Notes: generated from the letters alone by a model not told the origin. A stretch of DNA of 64,000 nucleotides from Mizuhopecten yessoensis (GCF_002113885.1 NW_018403610.1:76987-140986); one strand, 5' to 3'. Counted from the first letter of the stretch, positions 26,631-41,122 are shown. A program made the numbers and translations.

Positions 26631-29392
26631 GGTCATCTATTGAACTCTAGTACTTAACTCAGATCATGTGTTAATCCAGGTGCTGAAATACGGCCTGTTT
26701 TGAAGAAAGGGATTGAGGGTTTGAGATCGAGGAAGATTTTAGTGAAGTATTGAACCGAACTAGATATTGAAGTGTTGTTTTAACTCGAGGTAGATTGTGA
26801 AGCGTCGTATTGACACGAGATATATTTGAAGTGTAGTATTGACAAAATTTATCTTTTGAATAAAAAAACTGATAAGATGAATTATTTTGTGTTGATGTTA
26901 TTAAGGTTTTGATAAATCTTTACTCAAGCCAATTAACACAATTGTAACGCCGACATTTTGAACAGACACATGACTAAAGTTATATTACCATAACCAAAAC
27001 ACCAATAAAGAGCTACGTCACCGTTTAAATCCTGATAGTCCAAAATTGATTAGATTAATTGATGAAAATAATTGACACAATTGATACAAAATATGTTCAC
27101 ATTGGTTAATTGTCTTGGCTACAAAGAAGGAAATTGACCGAGCACCTCTGCTGACTCGTCTAAATAACAAAATAACTACCCAATACGTATTCAATTACCG
27201 ACAAACCGACAGTTACAAATTAAATTAATTATTGAATTACTTCGAAATCCAAAAATGTACATGCTGTTTTTCGCAAATCAAGCAAATGGTGTTTGTGAGG
27301 TTGTGTGTTGCCTGATCATTATGCTGCTGGGATTATTTTATTAGATCTAATATTGTGTTCAGTCTAACGTTTGTTGCTACCAAATCTCGCAATTATACGC
27401 CAATATGACAAGTCACGTCAATCAGCTGTATCGACATTTTAAACATTGCATTTTTTTTTTTACTTCGCAAAGGCATTTTTATGAGAGAAAAAAATCACTA
27501 TTCAGGTCTGAAGTGGATTTTTATTAAAAATCAGTTTGTTGAATTAAAATTTAAATACTGTCACAGAGATTTATTGTTCTGAAGGTTTATTGAGAAACAT
27601 GATGTTAGTAGTCAGCCGGAGAGGTTTGCCCATCCCGAAGGAGCCCACATCACGCGAGATGAAACACGCACTTAACGAGCGAGCGAAGATCGACCCAATA
27701 CCGTGGTCATCCCGATATTTCTTACAAACGTGCATGTCGAAAGTACTTATCCCAGTTACATGGGAGAACCCATGTGACATTTGAAACATTGTATAGTTTT
27801 CGGCACTAAGCAAGGTAGACGGTTTTTGTATGAGAGGAAGAAGAACGCTCTGCTGGAAATGGGATTTTTCCATTTTATGCTTAGCGTCAGAGGACTTAGC
27901 ATGTTAGAATCTATTTTTTGTAGCCATTCCAACGGGGGAAAATTGGCAATTTCAGAGACAAGTCACGCTAGCGCTGGCGATATTTCTGATATCATATCGG
28001 AAATAATCTCGCCGATAGAGTTCTCGTTTGTTAGGGGGAAGAAAATTTAATAAAGGCGCTACACTGAGGCGCCTTTTTGAGGTAAGCGGGGTCTCGGTCA
28101 CACCAGTGTCACGTGATAGATAGGGTTTTAGGGCGAACATTTCTATCCCTCTCCCGTGGCCCGTGTGACAGCAGCAGGCGCGCACATTTCCGTTATACTT
28201 CCAGCAGATTGGATGTTATTTACACCCTCGCTAAACATGTATCACAAAGTAAAAGGCAAATCATTATCGAAAGCATGCAAGTTTCGCTAGTAATATGAAC
28301 ATCATATATTTGTTCAATCGACATTTATGGAAAGTGAGGCATTTGGATTGGACATTCATATTTTAATTGATGTCCTATATAGAATTGATAACTTCTATCC
28401 TAGTGAACACCTGCTGTGCTGGGCGTTTGCTGGAAGGTATAGCTGTAATGGGAAAAGATACAGGTATTTAGAATACATTATTGCTGGTATTTGTTATAAA
28501 TACATATACTTTGAACATCATATATGAACTAAAGTGATTTTGCAATTATTAAAAACAGAAATATTACTTCACTATGACAAACAGTTCGTATATTCTCGTC
28601 GTAGAGTACAAAAACTACTTTGCAAATATAATTTTGTTTCACTGATTTCCATGTAAAGAAAACCAACCGATCTTGTGATTATAAATTGTTTATTAGTAAA
28701 ACATAAATTAGGGTAAGTAATTTCTAAGGTTTTTAACAAAGCTTTAATCACTGGTATGTTATAGTGAAAGCGATAAGTCGTTCGTTTCAACAATACCAGT
28801 TTGTAGCGCCAATACCAGCTCAGCAAGACATTCCATAGAAAGCTGTGAATCCGACGGCTGTTTGTTACTGCCTTGGGGAATGGGTCTCTACTCCAAAAAG
28901 CATGCGTTTATACAAATCCGCTTCTTCTTTCTTCTTGTTTATTCCAACTTTTCGGGCTAGCTGAATCTCTTTGCGATGTTTTCAGGATCTGTAAACATAA
29001 ACCTCGAGCATATTGAGGTTTATAATAATTTACCTATGACGCCGAATTACTATATCCTCTACTATCAAAACTATTTCATATCTGTGTAGGCAGGCGAGAA
29101 AATAAATTATATACTGAGTGGTACTTATCGCTACCCGAAGGCGATTTATACGAAACTGCGCCGTTTTCTGTTTTTTTCCCTGTTTAGCAATATGCATTAT
29201 GCCTTCTGTTTCTACTGGTATGTTGTGCTAGTGATAAACGGAAATCTGTTTAGTCTGGACACAGTCATAATCCTCAGCTCTATTTATAATGCCATCTGTA
29301 CCATACCTCTCTTATAAAAGTACATCCATCAAAACGGCCGCCACCAGAAATAGTATGTGAGTCCAATACCCAATGAGTTGTAAGTAATTATA

Positions 29393-30370
29393 AGACATTG
29401 CTGTGTTTATGGGTAGTAATACATTGCTGTGTCCATGATCTGTACGACACTGCTATGTTTACGGATAGTACATTGCTGTGTCTATGGGCGGTATGTCATT
29501 GCTGTGTCTATGGCTGATTTGATATTGCTATTTCTATGGGCGGTATGACTTAGCTGTGTCTATGGCTGGTTTGACATTGCTTTTTCTATGGGCGGTATGT
29601 CGTAGCTGTGTCTATGGCTGATTTGTTATTGCTATTTCTATGGGCGGTATGTCTTAGCTGTGTCTATGGCTGGTTTGACATTGCTTTCTCTATGGGCGGT
29701 ATGTCTTAGCTGTGTCTGTGGGCGGTATGTCTTAGCTGTGTCTAGTGCTGGTTTGATAAAGCTATGTTTATGGGAGGTATGGCATTGAAGTATATATGGA
29801 TGATTTGACATTGAAGTATCTATAGGAGGTATGGCATTGAAGTATCTATAGGAGGTATGGCATTGAATTATCTATGGGAGATATGACATTGAAGTATCTA
29901 TGGGAGGTATGGCATTGAAGTATTTATGGGAGGTATGACATTGAAGTATATATGGGTGGTATGTCATTGCTGTGTCTATTGGGTTATGACATTGCTATAC
30001 CAATGAGTTTCTGTCATTGCTGGTTATATGGCGGGTTTGACTGTGTCTATGGGCTGTAAGATATTATACTTTTATAGGCTTTGTGACATGGTTGCGTCAT
30101 TGGGTAGTTTAAACGTCTATACACGTTCCGAAACAAAAAAATGAATCGAGGCACTGCAGTGTTAGAAAGGATTCTTTTTCTCTCGACGTGCACTACAAAA
30201 GACTTGTTGCAGTGTTCTTTTGTGGTTTTTGTGTGTGACGAAAACGAATTGCATTTCCTTCTAACTGTGTCTATGGTTGGTATGATATTGAGGTATGTCG
30301 ATGGGCAATATGATATTGCTGTATCTATGAACAGTACATGTATACCGTTGCGATGCATGTTGGCGGTATA
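29393..30370. repeat. Degenerate 26-bp minisatellite (gacattgctgtgtctatgggcggtat) with two subfamily domains and a non-repeat interruption at ~30110-30263
   Basis: Period 26 (29471, 29497). A gctgtgtc-type domain with 52-bp dimers (~29490-29720) is followed by a gaagtatc-type domain (~29780-29955). Confidence 0.88.
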
Positions 30371-31262
30371 ACATTACTATAATGGACAATGTCAGCATGC
30401 TATGCTGCCGTGCTCGAGCTACGTATGATCACTGAAATGCTACTGAAATGACGCATCGATTAAACAAAACAATGCATCTCGGAATTGCACTGTCGGACCG
30501 GATTCTTCTTCCCTAGAGGTGTAATACAGAAGACATATTGCCGCGTTCTGTTACTCTCTAGTTTTGTTTTTTCGTGTAGTAAACGAATTACAGTTCTGTC
30601 CTTCTGTAGCCACTGTGTTCAGTATTACCGAATTCAGTAGTGGCTATCCGATCGTACATGTTTGATTTATCTCAGCTTATTTTTGAGTGATTAAGATTGG
30701 AAACGCCAAGGAAAAATCAAGAAAATATATCTTATTTTTCAAATTATATAACAAAGACTCATTATTTAAATTGAAAATTATTAATCTGCTTTGCCAAGGT
30801 TGCCCACTTGCTATATTATATATAGATTCGTGTGTCCCTAAGGCATAAGCTCCGCTGAAATTCCAAGTGTAATTTCCCTTGTTAGACGTAACATGCAAAA
30901 AATCGCGTTTTGGTATTAAAGTAATTTAATCAAGTTGTACAAATTTGAATATTAGGAAATCATCTGTATACCACAGGGAAATATAAGGCTCCTTTCTCGT
31001 GTGAAATATTGCCTGCTATTTGTATGTATACAAGTACAATACGTTGTATATTGCTCAAAATTAGCAGATTAAGAGCAAATTGGATGCGATCACACGCCTT
31101 TTATTATTACCAATCGGATACAAATGAGTAATATGAGAGTGATTGGATATTTCTTTAACAGATAAATGTCGCTATACATAATTCAGGAAAAATAATAAGG
31201 AAAATTTCTTAACTGGGCTATTTACTTTTATATAAAATGAAATCAAGAATTCTCCGTGTTGC

Positions 31263-34200
31263 GGTTTGTAGTAACATGTCTGCCTAATGAACCCTGTGCG
31301 TATACTCCATTGGTGTTGTTAGGGTTTGTAGTAACATGTCTGCCTAATGGACCCTGTACGTATACTCCATTGGTGTTGTAAGGGTGTGTAGTAACATGTC
31401 TGCCTAATTAACCGTGTACGTATACTCCATTGGTGTTGTTAGGGTTTGTAATAACATGTCTGCCTAATGGACCCTGTACGTATACACCATTGGTGTTGTT
31501 AAGGTTTGTAGTGACATGTCTGCCTAATGAACCCTGTACGTATACTCCAGTGGGGGTGTTAGGGCGTGCAGTAACATGTCTGCCTAATGGACCCTGTACG
31601 TATACTCCATTGGTATTGTAAGGGTGTGTAGTAACATGTCTGCCTAATGAACCGTGTACGTATACTCCATTGGTGTTGTTAGGGTTTATAGTGACCTGTC
31701 TGCCTAATGAACCCTGTACGTATACTACATTGGTGTTGTTAGGTTTTGTAGTAACATGTCTGCCTAATGAACCCTGTACGTATACTCCAGTGGGGGTGTT
31801 AGGGCGTGCAGTAACATGTCTGCCTAATGGACCCTGTACGTATACTCCATTGGTGTTTTTAGGGTGTGTAGTGACATGTCTGCCTAATGGACCCTGTACG
31901 TATACACCATTGGTGTTGTTAGGGTTTGTAGTGACCTGTCTGCCTAATGAACCCTGTACGTATACTCCATTGGTGTTTTTAGGGTGTGTAGTAACATGTC
32001 TGCCTAATGGACCCTGTACGTATACTCCATTGGTGTTGTTAGGGTTTATAGTGACATGTCTGCCTAATGAACCCTGTACGTATACAACATTGGTGTTGTT
32101 AGGGTGTGTAGTAACATGTCTGCCTAATGAACCCTGTACGTATACTCCATTGGTGTTTTTAGGGTTTATAGTAACATGTATGCCTAATGGACCCTGTACG
32201 TATACTCCATTGGTGTTGTTAGGGTTTATAGCGACATGTCTGCCTAATGAACCCTGTACGTATACTCCATTGGTGTTTTTAGGGTTTATAGTAACATGTA
32301 TGCCTAATGGACCCTGTACGTATACTCCATTGGTGTTGTTAGGTTTTGTAGTGACCTGTCTGCCTAATGAACCCTGTGAGAATACTACATTGGTGTTGTT
32401 AGGGTGGGTAGTAACATGTCTGTCTAATAAACCCTGTGAGTATACTACATTGGGGTTGTTAGGGATTGTAGTGACCTGTCTGACTAATGAACCCTGTACG
32501 TATACTGCATTGGTGTTGTTAGGGTGTGTAATAACATGTCTGCCTAATGACCCCTGTACGTATACTCCATTGGTATTGTTAGGGTTTGTAGTGACCTGTC
32601 TGCCTAATGAACCCTGTGAATATACTACATTGGTGTTGTTAGGGTTTCTAGTGACATGTCTGCCTAATGGACCCTCTACGTATACTCCATTAGCGACATG
32701 TCTGCCTAATGAACCCTGTGAGAATACTACATTGGTGTTGTTAGGGTGTGCAGTAACATGTCTGTCTAATGAACCCTGTACGTATTATACTCCATTGGTG
32801 TTTTTAGGGTTTGTAGTAACATGTCTGTCTAAAGAACCCTGTGAGTATACTACATTGGGGTTGTTAGGGTGTGTAGTACCATGTCTGCCTAATGGACCCT
32901 GCACGTATACACCATTGGTGTTGTTAGAGTGTGTAGTAACATGTCTGGCTAATGAACCCTGTACGTACACACCATTGGCGTTGTTAGGGTTTATAGCGAC
33001 ATGTCTACCTAATGAACCCTGTACGTATTCTCCATTGGTATTGTTAGGGTTTGTAGTGACCTGTCTGTCTAATGGACCCTGTACGTATCCTCCATTGGTG
33101 TTGTAAGGGGGTGTAGTAACATGTCTGCCTAATGGACCCTGTACGTACACACCATTGGTGTTGTTAGGGTGTGTAGTAACATGTCTGTCTAATGAACCCT
33201 GTACGTATACTCCATTGGTGTTGTTAGGGTGTGTAGTAACATGTCTGTCTAATGAACCCTGTACGTATACTCCATTTAGGGTTTATAGTAACATGTCTGC
33301 CTAATGAACCGTATACGTATACTCCATTGGTGTTGTTAGGGTTTATAGTAACATGTCTGCCTAATGAACCGTATACGTATACTCCATTGGTGTTGTTAGG
33401 GTTTGTAGTGACATGTCTGTCTAATGGACCCTGTACGTATACTACATTGGTGTTGTTAGGGTTTGTAGTGACCTGTCTGCCTAATGAACCCTGTACGTAT
33501 ACTGCATTGGTGTTGTTAGGGTGTGTAGTAACATTTTGCCTAATTGACCCTGTACGTATACTCCATTGGTGTTTTTAGGGTTTATAGTAACATGTCTGCC
33601 TAATGAACCGTATAAGTATACTCCATTGGTGTTGTTAGGGTTTGTAATAACATGTCTGCCTAATGACCCCTGTACGTATACACCATTGGTGTTGTTAGGG
33701 TTTGTAGTGACCTGTCTGTCTAATGGACCCTGTACGTATACTCCATTGGTGTTGTTAGGGTTTGTAGTGTACGTATACACCATTGGTGTTGTTAGGGTGT
33801 GTAGTAACATGTCTGCCTAATGGACCCTCTACGTATACTCCATTGGTGTTGTTAGTGTGTGTAGTAACATGTCTGCCTAATGAACCCTGTACGTATACTC
33901 CATTGGTGTTGTTAGGGTTTGTAGTGACATGTTTGCCTAATGAACCCTGTACGTATACTACATTGGTGTTGTTAGGGTGTGTAGTAACATGTCTGGCTAA
34001 TGAACCCGGTACGTTTACTCCATTGGTGTTGTTAGGGTTTGTAGTAACATGTCTGGTATACTCCATTGGACTTGTTAGGGTTTGTAGTAACATGTCTGCC
34101 TAATGAACCCTGTACGTATACACCATTTGTGTTGTTAGGGTTTGTAGTGACATGTCTATGTCTGCCTAATGGACCCTGTACGTATACTCCATTGGTATTG

Positions 34201-34687
34201 TTAGGGTTTGTAGTAACATGTCTGCCTAATGAACCCTGTACGTATACACCATTGGTGTTGTTAGGGTGTGTAGTAACATTTTGCCTAATGGACCCTGTAC
34301 GTATACTCCATTGGTGTTGTTAGGGTTTGTAGTGACATGTCTGCCTAATGAACCCTGTGAGTATACTCCATTAGTGTTGTTAGGGTTTGTAGTAACATGT
34401 CTGCCTAATGAACCCTGTACGTATACACCATTGGTGTTGTTAGGGCGTGTAGTAACATTTTGCCTAATGGACCCTGTACGTATACTCCATTGGAGTTGTT
34501 AGGGTGTGTAGTAACATGTCTGCCTAATGACCCCTGTACGTATACTACATTGGTGTTGTTAGGGTTTGTAGTAACATGTCTGTCTAATGAACCCTGTACG
34601 TATATACCATTGGTGTTGTTAGGGTGTGTAGTAACATGTCTGCCTAATGAACACTGTACGTATACTCCATTGGTGTTGTTAGGTTTG
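31263..34687. repeat. 60-bp minisatellite (ggtttgtagtaacatgtctgcctaatgaaccctgtacgtatactccattggtgttgttag), ~57 copies
   Basis: Monomers stay in register with the 60-nt lines from 31261 to 32640. The 478-aa ORF is a 20-aa repeat translation. Confidence 0.98.
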
Positions 34688-36229
34688 TTGAATGGTGACA
34701 TATTTACACATTATTTGACGCGACAACAAGATGCAATGAGACACCTTGTGGTACAAATGTATAATGTAGGAAGCGTGGTTGTTATGATACACGTATATAT
34801 ATATGTATAATCGTACTGTTTTAATTACATAAAATGACTTAAACTGTTCACGTGTTGGTAATGTTTATTGTTATATATTTTTTGGTGATAGGTATCTGCA
34901 CACAGATTATGATTAAGTTGTTATAGTAAATTTTCTTGTAGGTTTTTTGGATGATTTTTGAATGTCATTACAACTGTCCATTAATCGCCATGTACAAACT
35001 GTAGAAAAGTGATGGCCGCGACGTGGTATCTGGACTATTTTGATATTTATGGTCAAGAAACGTACATATACATTACAGAGTAACACACATCACGACATGA
35101 TAGTAAAAAAAAAATCAAACCTACGGCAAGCTTTTTTTTTGGAAATTCAATAAGCTTACTCTTCGGATTTGGATTTCCTGTTATCCCCTTAATGTAGTGA
35201 ACACATACTAACGGTTTTAGGGATGTTATTTCAAACATTGCGGATGACCTCTCTCGGTAGGCATCAATGAACTTTACTCGGAACAACCTCGGATTAAACC
35301 GTATTACTAAAGCAATTCAATATTATCATTTTTTACTGTTAAAATAATGAAAATAATTTGGCATATTACAGACAAGCAATTACATATTTTGCAAATTTTG
35401 AAGGATGTTTGACTAACACAAACTAGTAGTTTTAACAGCGCAGTTCCACGGCAATATAATTATGACAACATGCCAGTTTATATTAGTTAAGTTCATGTCA
35501 AAATTTCAAGATTATTTTCTATCGACGGTTACCTGATTGTAGCTAATCGTCTTTATGAAGATGGAAAGAAGTTGGAAGATTTATCGCACGAAGACACTGA
35601 TAACATTACGGAATCAGTTTAAGTGATCATATACTCAGTGGTTATAACTCATACTTCCAATTTTCTCACAATATCGCCGTAAGTATTTAAACAATCGATA
35701 TTTACACAATTACTTTTCCCTGGTGGCCCCCTATCAGGGGCGATAAGTCAAATCATCGATTTATCCACTCAGCTGCCGCAGCAGACCTATCCTTTGTTTC
35801 TAACTAGTTCAGCTCAATGCTGTGCCTCCGGCTGTGTCGTCCATACTATTCCGTCTCTGCTACCGTACCGGAAGACGTTTGTCGTTAGGTAATTCTAGGA
35901 CAGTTTACTGACGTCAGCTATCGACTTCCTTCCCTAATTACTGTTATCTACGATACTGATTATAGGCTACAAGTTGTTTACTGTTACTGTTGCATAATCT
36001 ACAAATTTTTAAAGAGTATTATTGCAATGTTTTTCTTACATTTGACATACACTACAGAGATATGATCTGCCTTTTTGTTACCCGTGTTATATAATATTTA
36101 AACGATCGTACACTAATCAAGTATTATCAACTGCAGGCAGATGTAATCTTGATATTCATTTGCACTGACAACAATAGGACATAGGTATAGAAACTACCTG
36201 TGTGATTTCTTTAATAACAAACTGCCTTG

Positions 36230-37990
36230 ATTACGTTAATTTATTAAATGACTATTTTTGTAATATAACTCGTGTAGATGACAGAAATACTGCGGTTCCT
36301 CTCATCGAGCCAAAAACTGACAAGAGTCTTAGGTACCCATGTACATCAGAGTCAATAATAATGAAATACGAGATATTTGTAAACATTGAAGGTTGGTAAG
36401 GCCTCTTGTGAGGATGGAATCAGTCAACATATGCTAAAAAACACATCAGAAACAGTTTGTGTTCCCTTTGAAATCATTTTTAATAAGTCTTTATCGTCTG
36501 GTGTTTACCCAATCTCTTGGAAAACAGCCAAAGTTATGCCACTGTTTAAAAGAGGGAAATTTTTAAATACTTACATATTTGTTTTATTGAAAACTCACTT
36601 TTTTTATAAGCACCAGTCTGGTTTTTTGCCCGGTCATTCTACGGTATATCAGCTCATTGAAATTTATCATAACATCTGGATTGCTCTAGAAGAAGAAAAA
36701 CATGTATGTATGGTATTCTGTGATATTTCTAAGGCTTTTGATCCGGTTCGGCATAAGGGTTTGATGATTAAGTTAAAATCCTATGGAATTTCAGCGGAAT
36801 TGGTTGGAAAATTACCAGAGAGTCTTTTTGAATACTTCTTTCTCCGACTTAGGTTTCATTGAAGCAGGTGTTCCTCAGGGTTCGATTCTTGGACCTCTTG
36901 GGGGAGGGGATCATATTTGTGCAATATATACTTCAGTTATGAAAAAAAGTCAACGTCTTACGTAGACTAAAATACTTATTAAATCGTGATAATCTTTGAA
37001 AGATTTATAAATCATTTATTTTACCAGTTTGAGAATATGCTTGTGAATTGTGGGATGGTTGTACAACTTTTGAAACAGAAATGTAAGAGAAAGCCCAAAG
37101 AGAAGCTTCTCGTATTATAACTGGTTATCCTTCATATGCCCCAAATGAAGACTTACTTTTTGAAACTGGTCTAGAAACTTTTTCGAATAGAAGAAAACGC
37201 AGAAAACTCCAACTTTTGTATAAAATGCACAACAAATTAACTCCGGGCTATTTGAATTCTCTATTGCCATCTTCCGTTGCAAAAAATAACCGTTAACCCT
37301 TAGAAACAATGATGATTATAGAATTCGTCCTTTCAGGCTTTCTCTAACAAATTCATCTTTTATACCTTCAACTCTTCGCGGTTGGAATTCATTGGACCTT
37401 TCAGAACGATCATTAACCTCATTACATTCTTTCAAAAACTCGTTGATAGTCAAGATTGTTATTGTGCCCATCCCTGTGAAAATGCCTTTCACTTTTCTTT
37501 GAGTGCTTACTTTTTAACAACGAAAGACACACCCTGCTCCACAATTTGAATGCCTTGCATGTTGATTTTAATTTAGAACTACTTTTGTTTGGTAATAGTC
37601 AACTTTCAGTAGAAAACAACATAACTATCTTTAGACATGTGCATCATTACATCAAATCCAGCAATAGGTTTTGATAGTTATACTTACTTTTCTATTTTTA
37701 TTTATGTGTAAGTTGTTATATGTGTTTATGAAACTGTATTTCATTAATTTGCCTGATTTCTTTGTTACATGGATTCTGTTCATTTTGAATTTACTCAAAT
37801 GCGGATCGATTTCTCAGTTTACACGTTTACTTTTCTAGGTAACATCCCACCCCTCCATCACCCCACCGCCTCCCACCCCACCTGTTCTTGTCCGACCTAT
37901 CATTTTCCCTTTCCCCAAAAACATATACACGATTTTTACCATATGTATTGAGGAGAGGACTCTATTAAGTTGTAATAACTTGTTCATCAT
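36230..37990 (+). mobile_element. 5'-truncated, decayed non-LTR retrotransposon (CR1/L2-type LINE), ORF2 RT region plus 3' UTR
   Basis: Motifs in order: NLLNDYF; KASCEDGI...IIFNKSLSSGVYPISWKTAKVMPLFKRG; QSGFLPGHST; VFCDISKAFD; GVPQGSILGPL; IYKSFILPVxEYACELWDGC; ASRIITG; SFIPSTLRGWNSL; LLLFGN...HYIKSSNRF* (stop at 37672-37674). Multiple stops, frameshifts and deletions. Confidence 0.93.
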
Positions 37991-38194
37991 CTGGTTCATG
38001 TGATACTGGTAATATCGTTCAGCGGATATGAATTAAATTTTATACGCCACATGAAATGTCCCCGTCACCTTAAATTGAATGTACAAACATGTAAAAACGA
38101 AAGATATGTTTACCTGTAAACAACAGGTACATTAGCAACTTAATAACAACACACAGTGTGTCTCTTGGTATCAACACCAACAAAATGGATCTTT

Positions 38195-38903
38195 CGTGTA
38201 AACGTCACACTGTAGATTTCTAAACACCACACCGCTCGAGTTTTGTGCGTTTAAACATCACAGACAGTGTAAATGTACATTTTACTACCGCACACAGTGT
38301 AAGTTTCGTGTAAACACCGCACACAGTGTACATTTTTGTGTAAACACCGCACACAGTCTAAGTTTCGTGTAAAGACCGACCAAAGTGTACATTTTCGTGT
38401 AAACACCGCATACAGTGTACATTTTTGTGTAAACACCGCACACAGTGTAAGTTCCGTGTAAACACCGCACACATTGTAAGTTTCGTGTAAAGACTGAACA
38501 CAGTGTACATTTTCGTGTAAACACCGCACACAGTGTAGGTTTCGTGTAAAGACCGAACACAGTGTTCATTTTCGTGTAAACACCGCACAAAGGTTAAGTT
38601 TCGTGTAAAGACCGAACACAGTGTAAATTTTCGTTTAAACACCGCACACAGTGTAGGTTTCGTGTAAAGACCGAACACAGTGTACATTTTCGTGTAAACA
38701 CCGCACAAAGTTTAAGTTTCGTGTAAAGACCGAACACAGTGTAAATTTTCGTGTAAACACCGCACACAGTGTAAGTTTCGTGTAAAGACCGAACACAGTG
38801 TACATTTTCGTGTAAACACCGCACACATTGTAAGTTTCGTGTAAAGACCGAACAAAGTGTACATTTTCGTGTAAACATCGCATACATTGTACATTTTTGT
38901 GTA
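38195..38903. repeat. 29/30-bp minisatellite organised largely as a 59-bp dimer of gtgtaaacaccgcac- and gtgtaaagaccgaac-type monomers
   Basis: Alternating variants are visible at 38490-38870. ORFs 38251-39025 are repeat translations. Confidence 0.95.
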
Positions 38904-39651
38904 AGCTTAGTAGACACTGACGTGACGAATTCGGAAATCAGATCATAATTAGCGTAACATTTCCTCATCGTACAGTGTCGCCTCTCTGATAGAGAACTCT
39001 GAGTACGTAAATAAATCATTAACAAGATGTAACATTCCTAGGAATCTTTACACTTAAATAGACAATAGATTATCACATCCGCTATGGTATGCTCTATAAC
39101 GAGGGAAGGTTAGTATAATGGAAAGTTTACTACATGTACCAAGAAATAGAAATCGTTATTACGTTTGGTGATAAAATATCAGTATACCGAGTTTTTGGAA
39201 AATGTCAAGATATAATGCTGATGAAGAGGAATATGCGCGTTTTTTTATTTGAAATCCCGGAAAATCAGTGAAATTTCCCCACTGGAATATTGACAATCTG
39301 TTAAAAATATTCTTAATATGATCATACTAATAATGTCATCCTCAGCTCACATTTAGGTTGCTACATGTACTACTGTGTTCTGTAACAAAGTAGAATTTAA
39401 GATATATTAAAAGCGTAAATAATTCTATGTATTAAGAAAGATACTTCATTATTGAGCCGTGTAAAATGAATGAAGTATGCAATGTAAAAGGTACATTTTT
39501 GTAATACTATGACACTTATTATAAGTAAACAATATCTCATTCAATGCGGTCGTATTTATTATAATTGAAAAATATTACTAACAGTTGTGTCACATATGTT
39601 ATCAATAATCAATAACACAAGCACTATTGTTACACTTGTTATGACATATAG

Positions 39652-39814
39652 GATCTTACATGAGTTTTCATTTCATATAAGATTTATGAAACAAGTCTAA
39701 GAATTTTTCAATTTAGCGAGCCTCTGGCAATTTAGCGAGCCTCTGGCGAGCTAAAATGAAACATTCGTGACGAGTTTCATAAATTTCATATGAAATGAAA
39801 ACGAGTGTAAGATC
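39652..39814. mobile_element. Long imperfect palindrome, probably part of a non-autonomous DNA element (Crypton-like association inferred)
   Basis: Arms 39652-39697 and 39769-39814 are reverse complements apart from a few mismatches. The centre is tttag-cgag-cc-tct-gg-cgag-ctaaa, with a 19-bp tandem duplication at 39709-39746. The palindrome is certain; the family assignment is inference. Confidence 0.6.
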
Positions 39815-41122
39815 ATTTTTATCACATAATCAAGATTTGTGGCATTTATTCGTGTAAAACAACAATTTTCATGCAACCTTGAAATGTAAAAAGCCCACAT
39901 TTTGACTCCAGTGCGTAAGTCTGTGACGTCATGTGCTTGTCCTTAGCGTGACGTCACAATTGATACAATTGAAACTTACAACCAATCACAGGGCTTACAT
40001 GTATCAAATCAATTAATACCACGAGCAATATAATCACATCTGTTATAATTAAACAATATCGCGGGCAATACTGTCATGCATTTTATCGGTAAACAATACC
40101 AAAAATACTATTGCCACACCTGTTATAATAAAAACAACTTCACAAACAATATTATCACGCTGCTGATAAGATTACAAAACAATCTGCATATACAATATTA
40201 TGATAATAAGTATCAGCAAACAGCGCAAAATACAATACTATGACAAATTAAGAATATGATAGACCCCTAACAACGATTGTTCTTTCGGTAACATTCAGTT
40301 GATACTTAAACTATGAAAGTCGATATTTGTTTCTGAATAATGAAAGTCTATGTATACACGAAATATTTTAATTAGATATCTCAACGATGGACTGCGACCA
40401 ACGTCTTTAAAATATGAACATTCTTTTCCTTACCCGCTTCATCTACAAAACAGCTAGAGCACTTGACAGTTCCGTGAGGAGCAAACGTTTAAAATAAGAT
40501 AATGCCCAATGTGTTTTGGAATGTATTGTACCAGGTTCTATAGGAAACCAATTGTCATTCATCCTATTCGTCTACTACACTGTCCACCAGGACTTGGACC
40601 CTCATCGCAACGCTTACGTCTTACTATATTTTTTGTCACTGCCATTGAATCCCATAGTGTTAGATAGAAGCTGTCCAATGGCAACTTTTAATCCAATAAA
40701 CACATCCTATTACAGTTCGCCAGTTCCTCCGCCAATTTACACTCCATGAGTTCATGCCTGGTAAATAAATCCAATACATTCTTGATTTCCTGTTGAGGAA
40801 ATTGAATCGTATGTAAGTTAACACTGGGGCGGGAGTTGACCTTTGTCATGGACGTAATGTCGTTGTAACGCTGGTTCTGTTCTGGAACAAAAGAATGACA
40901 AGACATATTGGACTGCTGTCTAAAGTGATAATGACGGTAGAAATTCAATCATGATAAATCTTCTGCTGGAAGACAAACACTAACAGCGGCGGGTCCAAAA
41001 GGCTTCAAATACCTTAGAAAATATCAGATGTCAATACATACTTCAAAGTAAATTACGTGGCATGTCCTCACAAAGATGTGATTATAACACATGAACACAG
41101 AGGGTATCTTGTCGTGTGTTAT

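Noticed and set aside
31670-33106. 478-aa Cys-rich hydrophobic repeat protein
   Set aside because: It is a translation of a 3n (60-bp) satellite that is frameshifted and stopped repeatedly elsewhere in the array.
40688-40948. 86-aa minus-strand ORF as a LINE or gene fragment
   Set aside because: Only a vague IQFxxQEIKNVL resemblance; no diagnostic motif or splice signals.
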